Part shown: in pieces, positions 38,326-48,335 of the stretch
Layout: every line of letters begins with the position of its first letter
How positions within the stretch are numbered: position 1 is the stretch's first letter
Source: an uncultured Desulfobacter sp.
GTDB lineage: Bacteria; Desulfobacterota; Desulfobacteria; Desulfobacterales; Desulfobacteraceae
Reading direction: 5' to 3'
Length of the DNA stretch: 64,000 bases
NCBI GenBank assembly: GCA_963665095.1
Contig: OY762069.1
Coordinates: forward strand, 3,488,001-3,552,000
Notes under the pieces: model-generated
The model's input: only the letters and a program-made list of their open reading frames with translations
Told to the model about the DNA's origin: nothing
Databases searched by the model: none
Position numbers and translations under genes: made by a program

Positions 38326-39543
38326 ATGAAAGAATATCATCATCTCCTCCCCCTGGCCACGGGCTATTTCGGGGTCAGTTCGGCGCTCTATGATTTCGGT
38401 GGGTTAGTGGTCATCTACGGGCCTGCGGGCGGTGCATGGCATATCAATATCGAGGATGAACCGCGCTGGTACCGGGGGCCTGCCACGGTTGTCGGGGCAG
38501 GGCTTCTGGAAATGGATGTCATCCTGGGCAATGACGACAAATTCATCAACAATATCGTGAAGACCGCCAAAGGGTTGAACAGCCCGTTTGTGGCCCTGTC
38601 AGGCACCCCGATCTCGGAAATTATCGGGACAGACCTTAAAGGGTTTGCCCGGACCGTGGCAGCCCGGACCGATATCCCGGTGTTCATGGTGCCCACGGCC
38701 GGCTCCGAACCCTATCCCGAGGGCGCATCCAAAGCGCTTCTGGCCCTGGCAGACACCTTTATGGACCCGGATGCCCCTAAACGCCCCAAAGGGGTCAATG
38801 TGCTTGGGGCCATTCATCTTTCCACGGGCAAGGAAGGCCATCTTGATCCTCTGTTCAAAGCGGTTCAGGATGACGGGTTTGAACTGGTAAGTGTCCTTTC
38901 AGCCCCGGTTTCCGGACAGGAAGATCCCCTGGAGGGCGTGCGCATGGCACCGGGAGCCCGGATCAATGCCGTGGTCTCCACCAGCGGGATCGCCCTAGCT
39001 GAAAAAATGTTTGCAGAATATAAAATCCCCTTTGTGGCGGGCATGCCTGTGGGGCTGTCCGGCCGTGACGCCTTTCTGGCCATGCTGCACAGGGAAAGCC
39101 CTGATTTTCAGGTACCAAAGAAAGAAAAAACACCCTATAAACACGCCCTGATCATTGGCGAGCCGGTTCTTGGATATGGGATCCGGCATTGTCTGCGCTA
39201 CGACTTTGGCATCCCAAAGGGGGACGTGGTCTCAGTGACTCCCAGCGATCCACTTTTCAAGGCGTCCCAGGGCCGGGCAGGCCTTTTGGCCGAACGTGGA
39301 CCGGCTGACCTGGACACAGATGACGAACAAGCGATAGCCCAACTCATGAACAACCGGGAAGTGGACCTGGTGGTGGCAGACCCCTGTTACCAGCCCCTGC
39401 TCAAGAATAAGGCCGCTTTCATCCCTGTACCCCATGTGGCCATGAGCGCCCGCATCCATTGGGACATGGACTACGAATACGTTATGGACAACGGTTACGC
39501 CTATCTGGCGTCCTATTTGTCAGGCAATGGCCCCTGTTTATAA
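38326..39543 (+). CDS. Nitrogenase component-1-like subunit (beta-type, group IV)
   Basis: DEPRW, GTPISEIIGTD, VNVLG, GMPVG, LIIGE and VVADP. Confidence 0.8.
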   Translation: MKEYHHLLPLATGYFGVSSALYDFGGLVVIYGPAGGAWHINIEDEPRWYRGPATVVGAGLLEMDVILGNDDKFINNIVKTAKGLNSPFVALSGTPISEIIGTDLKGFARTVAARTDIPVFMVPTAGSEPYPEGASKALLALADTFMDPDAPKRPKGVNVLGAIHLSTGKEGHLDPLFKAVQDDGFELVSVLSAPVSGQEDPLEGVRMAPGARINAVVSTSGIALAEKMFAEYKIPFVAGMPVGLSGRDAFLAMLHRESPDFQVPKKEKTPYKHALIIGEPVLGYGIRHCLRYDFGIPKGDVVSVTPSDPLFKASQGRAGLLAERGPADLDTDDEQAIAQLMNNREVDLVVADPCYQPLLKNKAAFIPVPHVAMSARIHWDMDYEYVMDNGYAYLASYLSGNGPCL

Positions 39544-39645
39544 GCAATTCCCCGGGTGCAGCCTGCTGCATAAACTTAAATTTAATTTTCTTATTATGGT
39601 AGACAGGGTTGACTTCAAGGTATAAAAAGCCCCTTCAGCTGCTCA

Positions 39646-41508
39646 TCAACTGCGGCAGACTTTCGGCAAAGGAACGGCCAGGCTTAAATATTTGCCGTTT
39701 TCCTCAAACATCAATTTTTTATCTGTCATCATTTTCAAAAAAGGTGTTACTTTTTCCCGGGTCAATTCCTGAAAATGAAGAAGAATTTTTTCCAGTGACC
39801 GGTGCTGGCCGCAATAGAGATAGACTTCCCTGGAAAGCCCTTCCAGGCGGTGAGTTAAGGGCTCTTTTAAGAGCCGCTTCTGGCGGATAATCATAAACTC
39901 TTTTCCATCCCGATAACTTAGAATCGGCGTATCACCACCGGTTTGATGAATCCGGGTATATGTTTTTTCCCAGTCATGAACTTTTTGTCTCACCGGCCGC
40001 CACAGTTTTTTCTGGTATCCCATGTCACCGCGGTACCTCTGGATCAGAAAGGTCATGCTGCGGTGAATATGTTCCGGAAAAATTTTTGCATAATTGGGAT
40101 GGTTAAAAAGGGCCTTGACCCCAAAGTGCTCTGGATCATTGTATACACAGCTTCCATGGCCCATCCAGAAATGCACCAGTTTGGGAGGACGGAAAACCGC
40201 TGCAAACTCAATGTTTCGGAGGGTTTCATTCATGTCTTCAATATCACTGCCGGGAAAATGAAGTATCAGGTTGGCATTATTGGCAATACCTAAGCCTTCA
40301 CAGTGCTTCATGATTTCCAGATTCTGAATGGCGGTGGTTCCCTTGTTTAATTTTTTCAACAGACGGGAGCTTAAGGATTCGATACCGATCTGTACTTCGC
40401 TGACGCCGGCACAGCTCATTTTTTCCAGTACCCGTTTTGGGGTGGTGGCCCTGAGTTCACAGAAAAGTTTGAGGTCTTTTTTTAATCCGGACAGTTGATC
40501 AAACATCTCCAATGCGGTTTTTACCGGTATGAGGTTGTCCATGAACGTCACGGAAAGTGTGCGATATTTTGAAGTCAGATAATCTATTTCTCTGCTTACC
40601 TGTTCCGGGCCTTTGCACCGGTATCCCTGCCAGTTACGGTTAAGATTGCAAAAAGCACAACCTGAATGTCCTGAGTTGGAAGCCTGCCACCGGCATCCCC
40701 GGGAGGCCTCGGCCGGGAGCGCAGGGAAAAAACTTTTATCCGGCGCTCCTGTTTTCAGTAAATAAAAATAGTCGTCATAATCGGGAGCAGGCAGATTTTT
40801 GAGGTCTGGCATCTGGCCAAAGGTTACCGGGGCTTTACTTCTGCAGGAATGACGCGTAACAAGGCCGGGAATGCGGGAGATAGTATCAGTGTCAGCTGAA
40901 TTGCCAAGATGATGCACAAGGCTGCACAGGGGTCGTTCTCCTTCACCGTTAATGACAAAATCAATTTCCGGGAAAGCCTCAAAAAGGCCCTTAATGGTAT
41001 CTCCGGCAAACATGGAGCCGCCAATGACAATGGGGAGGGTTGGAAAGTTCTTTTTTATGGAACGGATAAAGTACAAAGAGGAGCAGAGCTGGCAAAAGCA
41101 GATTGAAAAGCCTGCCAGGCCCCAGCGATCCCAGTTGATACTGCGGATAAAGTCATCCGCAGTCTCTGCTGCCTGATGTGTGAGGACGTTGAAGTCGGCC
41201 CTGGATGACAGGGGCAGGCCCCTTGCTTCCTTGTGGAACAGCGCCTGGATGCGGTGGAATCGTTCCGGATATAAGAGCGCCGCATAAACGGATTCTGCCA
41301 GCCAGTTTTTTTTAGAAATTTCACGATAAAGGGGATAGCCGATGGCTGTTGCTAATTTCAAATAGAAATGGTGAGCCGCCACCTCAAGATCGGGAATCTC
41401 CCGGTTCAGGTATGCTTTCAGCGCACCAAGCTGAATGGATGGCCGGCTGAAAAGCGGCCAGGGGGCGGATATAAGCGCAATACGTGCTATTTGATTTTTA
41501 GAAATCAT
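39646..41508 (-). CDS. B12-binding-domain radical SAM enzyme (RiPP maturation methyltransferase family)
   Basis: PSIQLGALKAYL, NGEGE, PDYDDYF, SRGCRW-x9-CAFCNLN and QIGIESLS...LNKG. Confidence 0.82.
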   Translation of the reverse strand: MISKNQIARIALISAPWPLFSRPSIQLGALKAYLNREIPDLEVAAHHFYLKLATAIGYPLYREISKKNWLAESVYAALLYPERFHRIQALFHKEARGLPLSSRADFNVLTHQAAETADDFIRSINWDRWGLAGFSICFCQLCSSLYFIRSIKKNFPTLPIVIGGSMFAGDTIKGLFEAFPEIDFVINGEGERPLCSLVHHLGNSADTDTISRIPGLVTRHSCRSKAPVTFGQMPDLKNLPAPDYDDYFYLLKTGAPDKSFFPALPAEASRGCRWQASNSGHSGCAFCNLNRNWQGYRCKGPEQVSREIDYLTSKYRTLSVTFMDNLIPVKTALEMFDQLSGLKKDLKLFCELRATTPKRVLEKMSCAGVSEVQIGIESLSSRLLKKLNKGTTAIQNLEIMKHCEGLGIANNANLILHFPGSDIEDMNETLRNIEFAAVFRPPKLVHFWMGHGSCVYNDPEHFGVKALFNHPNYAKIFPEHIHRSMTFLIQRYRGDMGYQKKLWRPVRQKVHDWEKTYTRIHQTGGDTPILSYRDGKEFMIIRQKRLLKEPLTHRLEGLSREVYLYCGQHRSLEKILLHFQELTREKVTPFLKMMTDKKLMFEENGKYLSLAVPLPKVCRS

Positions 41509-41923
41509 CTCAAAAAGGCCTCGAAAGGATTAATTGCACAGAAGGATCATTACCCAAAGGACATTTCCGGCACACCCGCCTGTCGTCAATAGATCTTCAC
41601 GAAGATATCGGACCCCGTAAACCTGATGATTCGGATCCGAAAATATCTACCGTCATAATGATAAACTGACACTTTAAGGAAATTCATACCACCATTGGAA
41701 ATGATTCTCAAAGATTATCATTCAATTTAATACATACTCAGGCTGAATCATCATAGTTTAAGTATGCTTGCATCAATCTGAACACCCCGACGCATCTTTC
41801 CTGATGATTTTCAAAAACTGCTTGAAAAAAGCAACCATTCATGAAAGGGAGAAGGTGCAACGCCAAAGCACGGAACATATACAGCAACGTTAACATTTTC
41901 ATGAATCAGAAAGGGAGGAGACG

Positions 41924-43651
41924 ATGTTTACCCTAAGCCTTGACCCGTCATTACTGAACAACTGGAAGCTGCCCCTGATCACTGACTACATCAAAAAATG
42001 GGCACAGATCACCCCTGACAACCCCGCGCTGATTGGTGCAGAAAGCGGCGAATCCTTTTCGTTCCGGGAATTTGATGAAAAGATCACCCTGTATGCCCTG
42101 GGTCTTAAGCAGATGGGAATCGGTAAGGGCGATGTGGTGGCAGTGCAGTGGCTCTCTTTTCCGGAATTTCATTTCCTGACCTATGCCTGTGCAACGGTGG
42201 GCGCGATAATCTCTCCCATGGATATACGGCTCACCGCAAAAGAGATCGTACGGGACATGAACCGGGTTTCCCCCAAAGCATTTTTCTGCCTTGGCAATAC
42301 ACCGCTTAAAGATTTCCGGGAAGTTTCCCGGGCAGCCAGGCAGGGTGTGGCCTCGCTCAACTATATTGTCCAGCATACGCCCGGCACCCCGGTTGAAGCA
42401 TGTGACGAGGAGGTGTACGCCTTCAGGGATCTCTTCTCCCTTGAAAAACTTGAAGCCCTGGCTTTGGACAAAGATCTCACCGGCAGCCTTGAAAAAGAGT
42501 ACCGGGCTTTAGACACCCGCGATCCCCATATCATCATCTTTACCACCGGGACCACAGGGTTGCCTAAACCCGCCTTGATCTGTCATGAAAACACCATTGT
42601 CAACAACGCGGTGTTTGCCCGGGAAGTGGGCCTGTACGGTCCGGCCAACCGGTTCCTCAACTCCATGCCCATCAGTCATGTGGCAGGGACCTGCCAGGGC
42701 CCCATGACCGTGTGGATGACAGGCGGCACCATTGTGACAGTGAACGTGTTTGTGCCCCAGCTGATACTGAAATATTTTGAGACCTATCGTCCCACCTGGT
42801 GGGGCGGGGTGCCCACCATGTTCCAGATGATCTGGAGCCTGCCCGAGTATCAGGAGCAGAAGTATGATCTGTCCAGCCTTCTGTTTGTCCTGTACGGCGG
42901 CAGTGCCGTGGACACTGCCTTTCTAAAAGAGATGCAGAAAATGGCCCCCTCCTTTGGCACAGCCCTTGGCATGACAGAATGTGCCGGCTATTTTACAGCC
43001 ACCCCTAGAAGTATCCCCTTGGAGGAGATGGCAGGACAGGTGGGCCAGATTTTCCCGGAGCTTGCCCCTGTGACCATTCGGAAACCCATGAATGAAGACG
43101 GCACGGCCGGTGAGGCCCTTGATCCCGGCGAAGTGGGCGAAATCTGCGTCCACGGCCCCATCGTATTCCTAGGATATTACGGCGATCCCGAAGCAACCGC
43201 AGCCACGATTTCCAAAGAGGGCATTCTTTACACCGGCGACATGGGCTATTTCCACGATTTCGGTGCCTACCGGGGACTGAAGTTTGCCGGAAGAAGAAAG
43301 TTTGTTATTAAGCCCAAAGGGTATCTGGTGTTTCCCGACGAGGTGACGGACTTTATCACCACCCATCCGGATGTGGCCCAGGCCACAGTGGTGGGCGTGC
43401 CGCATAAAATTAATGTTGACGGGGTATTTGCCTTTGTAAAGGCCAAACCGGGGGCAGCGGTTGACAGCGCAGCCGTACTTGCACACTGCAAGGATCTTGC
43501 AGCGTATAAACGCCCCATCCACGTTGAGATGTGGCCGGAAGACAAGCCCTTTCACGTCAACCGGGTGGGTAAAATTGATGTACCGGGCATGATCAAAGAG
43601 GCTGAAATGGTGGTGGAAACCCTGCGATCCAAAGGCAAGTGGGACGAATAA
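41924..43651 (+). CDS. Class I adenylate-forming enzyme (acyl-CoA ligase)
   Basis: FTTGTTGLPK, GMTE, YTGDMG and C-terminal GKID. Confidence 0.9.
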   Translation: MFTLSLDPSLLNNWKLPLITDYIKKWAQITPDNPALIGAESGESFSFREFDEKITLYALGLKQMGIGKGDVVAVQWLSFPEFHFLTYACATVGAIISPMDIRLTAKEIVRDMNRVSPKAFFCLGNTPLKDFREVSRAARQGVASLNYIVQHTPGTPVEACDEEVYAFRDLFSLEKLEALALDKDLTGSLEKEYRALDTRDPHIIIFTTGTTGLPKPALICHENTIVNNAVFAREVGLYGPANRFLNSMPISHVAGTCQGPMTVWMTGGTIVTVNVFVPQLILKYFETYRPTWWGGVPTMFQMIWSLPEYQEQKYDLSSLLFVLYGGSAVDTAFLKEMQKMAPSFGTALGMTECAGYFTATPRSIPLEEMAGQVGQIFPELAPVTIRKPMNEDGTAGEALDPGEVGEICVHGPIVFLGYYGDPEATAATISKEGILYTGDMGYFHDFGAYRGLKFAGRRKFVIKPKGYLVFPDEVTDFITTHPDVAQATVVGVPHKINVDGVFAFVKAKPGAAVDSAAVLAHCKDLAAYKRPIHVEMWPEDKPFHVNRVGKIDVPGMIKEAEMVVETLRSKGKWDE

Positions 43652-43949
43652 AAACACTCCCTGCGCAGATATAAAAAATATATAACCGGGGCCGATCCTG
43701 CATGCCATGTTTTGGCCCCCGCAAGTTCTGCCCTGCATATGCAGGGAAAAAAGTGATATAATATGGTTCTTTTCAGGGCCAGAACAGGGAACAAGACAGT
43801 TTACCCGTTCTCCTGCCGGTCCTATCCCGGCCATTTTCTTTAATTGACTTCTTTAAAAATTAACACGTGGCCGGATTTTATGCTACAATTACGAATCCAG
43901 CAGCAAATATATCCTTAAAGATTGTATCACCATATTTTAAAGGAACGGC

Positions 43950-45119
43950 ATGAAAACTGGTTCATTGTTGAATTTAAGAAAATTTCTGGTGCCGGAAATT
44001 GTATACGGCCAGGGAGCAAGACAGTTATGCGGCCGCCATGCATTAAACCTCGGGGCTTCCAGGGTGTGTATCGTCACAGATCCTGGTGTGAAGGCCACCA
44101 GCTGGTATGCGGATGTGGAAATAAGCCTCAGGGATACGGGCCTTCCTTTTGCTGTGTTTGACCAGATCACACCAAACCCCAAGGCATATGAGGTGGCGCA
44201 AGGTGCTCGGTTGTGCAGAGAAGAGCGCTGCGACCTCATTATTGCCATTGGCGGGGGCAGCCCCATGGATTGCGCCAAGGGGATAGGGGTCCTCATGGGC
44301 AATTCAGGGAATATTCTCGATTATGAAGGGGTGGACATGGTACCCAATCCCGGTCCGCCACTGATTTTTATTCCAACAACGGCAGGCAGCTCCGCAGACG
44401 TGTCCCAGTTTGCCATTATCACAGATATGATTCGCAACATTAAAATTGCCATTATCAGTAAAATGGTAATCCCCGATATCGCCCTGATAGATCCTGAAAC
44501 CACTCTGACTATGTCCCCGGAGCTGACCGCAGATACAGGTATGGACACGCTATGCCACGCTTTTGAGGCCTTTGTGTCCACGGCGTCATCGCCTATAACA
44601 GATCTGGCTGCGATATCGGCTGTTGAACTGACCTGGCAATATCTGAAAAAGGCATATGACCAGCCGGATAACCTGGTTTACAGGGAGAAGATGATGACGG
44701 CAAGCCTTATGGCAGGTCTCGCATTTTCCAATGCCAGCCTGGGCCTGGTCCATGCCATGGCCCACAGCCTTGGCGGTGCCATGGATCTGCCCCATGGAGA
44801 GTGCAACGCCATTTTGCTTGAGAAGGTTGTTCGCTTCAATTATGATGCGGTACCGGATCGTTACGACAGGCTGGCTGCCGCCATGGGACTCGATATCTTT
44901 AATATTCTGCCGGGGGAGAGAGGCAATGCCCTTGCCAACCACATTGCCGGACTCAGGACAGGACTGGGCATCACCCAAACGCTTGAGGAACTGGGCGTAA
45001 AACAAACCGACCTCTCCCGGCTGGCCCGGTTTGCGTTCCAGGACCCGTGCCTTTCCACCAATCCCCGCCCGGCAGATGAAACAAATATTGAAAACCTTTA
45101 TGCACAGGCTCTTCATTGA
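43950..45119 (+). CDS. ercA: Iron-containing alcohol dehydrogenase, ErcA-like
   Basis: LRKFLVPEIV, GGGSPMDCAK, PTTAGS, HAMAH and HGECN; followed by a hybrid kinase. Confidence 0.78.
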   Translation: MKTGSLLNLRKFLVPEIVYGQGARQLCGRHALNLGASRVCIVTDPGVKATSWYADVEISLRDTGLPFAVFDQITPNPKAYEVAQGARLCREERCDLIIAIGGGSPMDCAKGIGVLMGNSGNILDYEGVDMVPNPGPPLIFIPTTAGSSADVSQFAIITDMIRNIKIAIISKMVIPDIALIDPETTLTMSPELTADTGMDTLCHAFEAFVSTASSPITDLAAISAVELTWQYLKKAYDQPDNLVYREKMMTASLMAGLAFSNASLGLVHAMAHSLGGAMDLPHGECNAILLEKVVRFNYDAVPDRYDRLAAAMGLDIFNILPGERGNALANHIAGLRTGLGITQTLEELGVKQTDLSRLARFAFQDPCLSTNPRPADETNIENLYAQALH

Positions 45120-45148
45120 GTTGAACAAGGAGGCACCCGGTTCAAAAA

Positions 45149-46801
45149 ATGAACGATTCCCAATCCAGTCAGTTTCATGCATCCGCCAGGGAAAAATTCC
45201 TGGCATTAAGCCTTGAATCCACCCGGAAAAGCTATTATCCCCAGTTACAAAAACAACTTGACAACCTGAAGCGGAACGAAGCCCGGCTGAACCTGCTCAT
45301 TGACAACCTGCCGGCATATATTGCCTATGTAAATGACAAAGAAGAGCTGGTACTGGTCAACCGGAAGTTTGAAAAACTTATGGGCAAAAGCCGGGATGAG
45401 ATGATCGGGCAAAAACTTGCGACCATTACCGGAAAACAAAACTATACCCGGGTCAAGGCCCAAATCACACAGGTTTTATCCGGAGAGACCAGCAGATTTG
45501 AATTTTATCCGGAAACCGGACAAGCCCGGGGACGGTGCCTTGAGGTCAATTTTATACCGGAAATGGAAAATTCCGGGGAAATCAGCGGGTTTTACATTAT
45601 GACCATTGATGTGACTAAAACCAAGGAAGCTGAAAAAGAAAAACTGCGCCTGGAGGCCAGCCTTCACCAGGCCCAGAAAATGGAGGCCATTGGTACGCTT
45701 TCAGGGGGGATTGCCCATGATTTTAACAATATTCTGTCAGGTATATTCGGCTACTCCCAGCTCATTGATCTCCAGATCTCCGATCCGGAGAAAGTGGGCC
45801 GGCATAACCGTAAAATCATTGAAGGTGCCAGGCGGGCCACAGATCTGATCCAGCAGATACTCACCTTCAGCCGGAGAACGGAATTCAATAAACAACCCCT
45901 GCATTTCTCTGTTATTTTAAAAGAGGCATTAAAACTGCTGCGATCCACCATTCCCACCACCATTCAGATTAAGGAGCAGATTGACTCCAGGGCAGTGGTT
46001 ATGGCTGATGCCACCCAGATTCACCAGGTTATCATGAACCTTTGTACCAATGCCTATCATGCCATGACAGATAAAGGCGGGATTTTAACGGTGACACTGA
46101 ATGAAGTGATGCTGACAGAGACACAGACACACAGGCAGGATCAAAGCGGCCCTTTTATCTGCCTTGAAATCCGTGACACCGGTCCCGGCATCGCGCCTGA
46201 AATAAGAAATAAAATATTTGATCCCTATTTCACGACAAAAGACGTAGAAAAGGGGACAGGCCTCGGACTTGCCATTGTTGACGGAATTGTAAAAAAACAT
46301 GAAGGGTTTATTGAACTATTCACGGATCCGGATGAGGGCACCTGTTTCAGTATTTTTTTCCCTGTATACAAGGCCGATGAACAAAAGCGGTACGACTCCG
46401 GAGCACAAGAACTTAAGTCTTTGCCCAAAGGTAAAGGGCGGATTATGCTGGTGGATGATGAGCCCGGGATCAGGGAAACCTTTTCCGGCATTCTTACCTT
46501 TCAGGGATATACGGTCTCAGCATTTGAGGGCGGAGAACCTGCATTTAAGGCGTTTGCCGGAGATCCTGCTGCATATGACCTGGTGATCACGGACATGACC
46601 ATGCCTGAAATGACAGGTCTGCAGCTGGCAAAAGAGCTTCTGGCAATCAGAAAGGAGATTCCCGTTATTATCTGTACAGGATACCACGAAAATTTTTCAA
46701 AGGCTGAGGCATTACAGAACGGCATTGCCCGGTATCTGCAAAAGCCTGTTATTTCATCTGAATTACTGGACAACATCCAGCAGTTGCTGAACAAGGGGTG
46801 A
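45149..46801 (+). CDS. PAS hybrid sensor kinase (ErcS-like)
   Basis: N-terminal RKSYYPQL, PAS domain, AHDFNN, GTGLGL and REC domain ITDMTMP. Confidence 0.9.
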   Translation: MNDSQSSQFHASAREKFLALSLESTRKSYYPQLQKQLDNLKRNEARLNLLIDNLPAYIAYVNDKEELVLVNRKFEKLMGKSRDEMIGQKLATITGKQNYTRVKAQITQVLSGETSRFEFYPETGQARGRCLEVNFIPEMENSGEISGFYIMTIDVTKTKEAEKEKLRLEASLHQAQKMEAIGTLSGGIAHDFNNILSGIFGYSQLIDLQISDPEKVGRHNRKIIEGARRATDLIQQILTFSRRTEFNKQPLHFSVILKEALKLLRSTIPTTIQIKEQIDSRAVVMADATQIHQVIMNLCTNAYHAMTDKGGILTVTLNEVMLTETQTHRQDQSGPFICLEIRDTGPGIAPEIRNKIFDPYFTTKDVEKGTGLGLAIVDGIVKKHEGFIELFTDPDEGTCFSIFFPVYKADEQKRYDSGAQELKSLPKGKGRIMLVDDEPGIRETFSGILTFQGYTVSAFEGGEPAFKAFAGDPAAYDLVITDMTMPEMTGLQLAKELLAIRKEIPVIICTGYHENFSKAEALQNGIARYLQKPVISSELLDNIQQLLNKG

Positions 46802-46841
46802 CGGCGGAAGAATCGAGAGATTTCAGATTCCCCCGTGTTTG

Positions 46842-46993
46842 GTGTTTGGACGGCTCGACGAGGGGCGTATGCCCACAAAGTTGCCCAGATGCAAGGCGCA
46901 AGCAAAGCTGCAACCGCAAGCGTACTCCAGTACGTGAGGATTGCAGCTTTGTGCAGCAACGCCGCAGGTGGGTGACTTTTCGTTCAAACACTA
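46842..46993 (-). repeat. ERIC-like palindromic miniature element
   Basis: GTGTTTGGACG...CGTTCAAACAC termini; reverse complement aligns with 60598-60726. Confidence 0.85.
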
Positions 46994-48010
46994 GTTCGTC
47001 AAACTTCCCATAAGGCCCAGAGTTCGGATCAGCTGGCTGACATAACTCATTTCATTGTCATACCAGGAGACCACCCTGACCTCATAAATTCGGGTGCCGC
47101 AGCGCTGGGCAAGGGTCTGGGTGGAGTCAAAAAGAGACCCGTAGCTCATGCCGATGGTATCGCTTGAAACCAGCTCTTCGTCGGAATAGCCAAAGGATTC
47201 GTCCGAGGCAGCCTTCATGGCTTCATTGATCCCTTCCACAGATACGGTTTCAGTATCATCCTTCAAGGTGGCATCCAGAATGGTGATGGAGCCGGAAGGA
47301 ACCGGCACGCGCTGCGCAGACCCGATGAGCTTTCCGTCGAGTTCGGGAATAACAAGGCCGATGGCCTTGGCCGCACCGGTTGAATTGGGCACGATGTTAA
47401 CGGCACCGGCCCTTGCACGGCGAAAATCACCCTTACGATGCGGACCGTCAAGGATCATTTGATCCCCGGTATAGGCATGAATGGTGGTCATGAAGCCGGT
47501 TCTTAGCTCACGATACTCATTTAACGCCTTTGCCATGGGCGCAAGGCAGTTGGTGGTGCAGGAGGCTCCGGAGACAATGAGATCGTCGCTGGTCAGGTTC
47601 TGATGATTCACACCGTACACAATGGTGGGAAGATCATTACCGGCCGGCGCTGAAATAAGGACCTTTTTGGCACCCGCATCAATATGCGCCTGGCTTTTGG
47701 CCTTTGAACAGAAAAATCCCGTGCACTCCAGAACAATGTCCACCCCGATGGTTCCCCAGGGAAGATTTTTGGGGTCCGGGTCTTTATAAACCGGAACTTT
47801 TTTGCCATCGATGATCAAAGCATTCTCATCACATTCCACGGTGTGCCCTGAGTAACGCCCCTGCACACTGTCATACTTCAGAAGATGGGCAAGCATTTTG
47901 GGATCTGTCAGATCGTTAATTGCCACAATGTCATAACGATCGTCTCCAAAAATTTTTCGGAATGTAAGCCGTCCTATCCTTCCGAAACCATTAATCGCAA
48001 CTTTAAGCAT
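46991..48010 (-). CDS. gap: Type I glyceraldehyde-3-phosphate dehydrogenase
   Basis: [19 protein letters not shown] and WYDNE. Confidence 0.98.
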   Translation of the reverse strand: MLKVAINGFGRIGRLTFRKIFGDDRYDIVAINDLTDPKMLAHLLKYDSVQGRYSGHTVECDENALIIDGKKVPVYKDPDPKNLPWGTIGVDIVLECTGFFCSKAKSQAHIDAGAKKVLISAPAGNDLPTIVYGVNHQNLTSDDLIVSGASCTTNCLAPMAKALNEYRELRTGFMTTIHAYTGDQMILDGPHRKGDFRRARAGAVNIVPNSTGAAKAIGLVIPELDGKLIGSAQRVPVPSGSITILDATLKDDTETVSVEGINEAMKAASDESFGYSDEELVSSDTIGMSYGSLFDSTQTLAQRCGTRIYEVRVVSWYDNEMSYVSQLIRTLGLMGSLTN

Positions 48011-48335
48011 GATACTTCCTCCCAAATTTATAGTTAGGTGAGATGATCAGGGGTGATAGGGACGGATAAGATAATAGAAAAACGCTTTTTCAAAAATGGT
48101 GTGACAGGATAGGTGGCAGATTCGCGAATCCGTTGTCTACCTTCTTTGATCTAAATAACCAGACTAAAGGCAAGCTCACCCCCTTTCCAACGTCCATTGC
48201 CTTATGCCCGGTTACGCGTTATGAAAACCGGTAAGAAAAATGTTGGCACAAACCCCTTGAATAATCAAGAGAAAATGTTTTCCAAACAATCTTTAATTGA
48301 GATCCGTGATCCGTTCTGGTATAGGAAGTTTCATC

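Noticed and set aside
36252..39543. Bona fide nitrogenase nifHDK
   Set aside because: FeMo-co ligands and most P-cluster Cys are missing, the subunits are short, and there is no nifENB.
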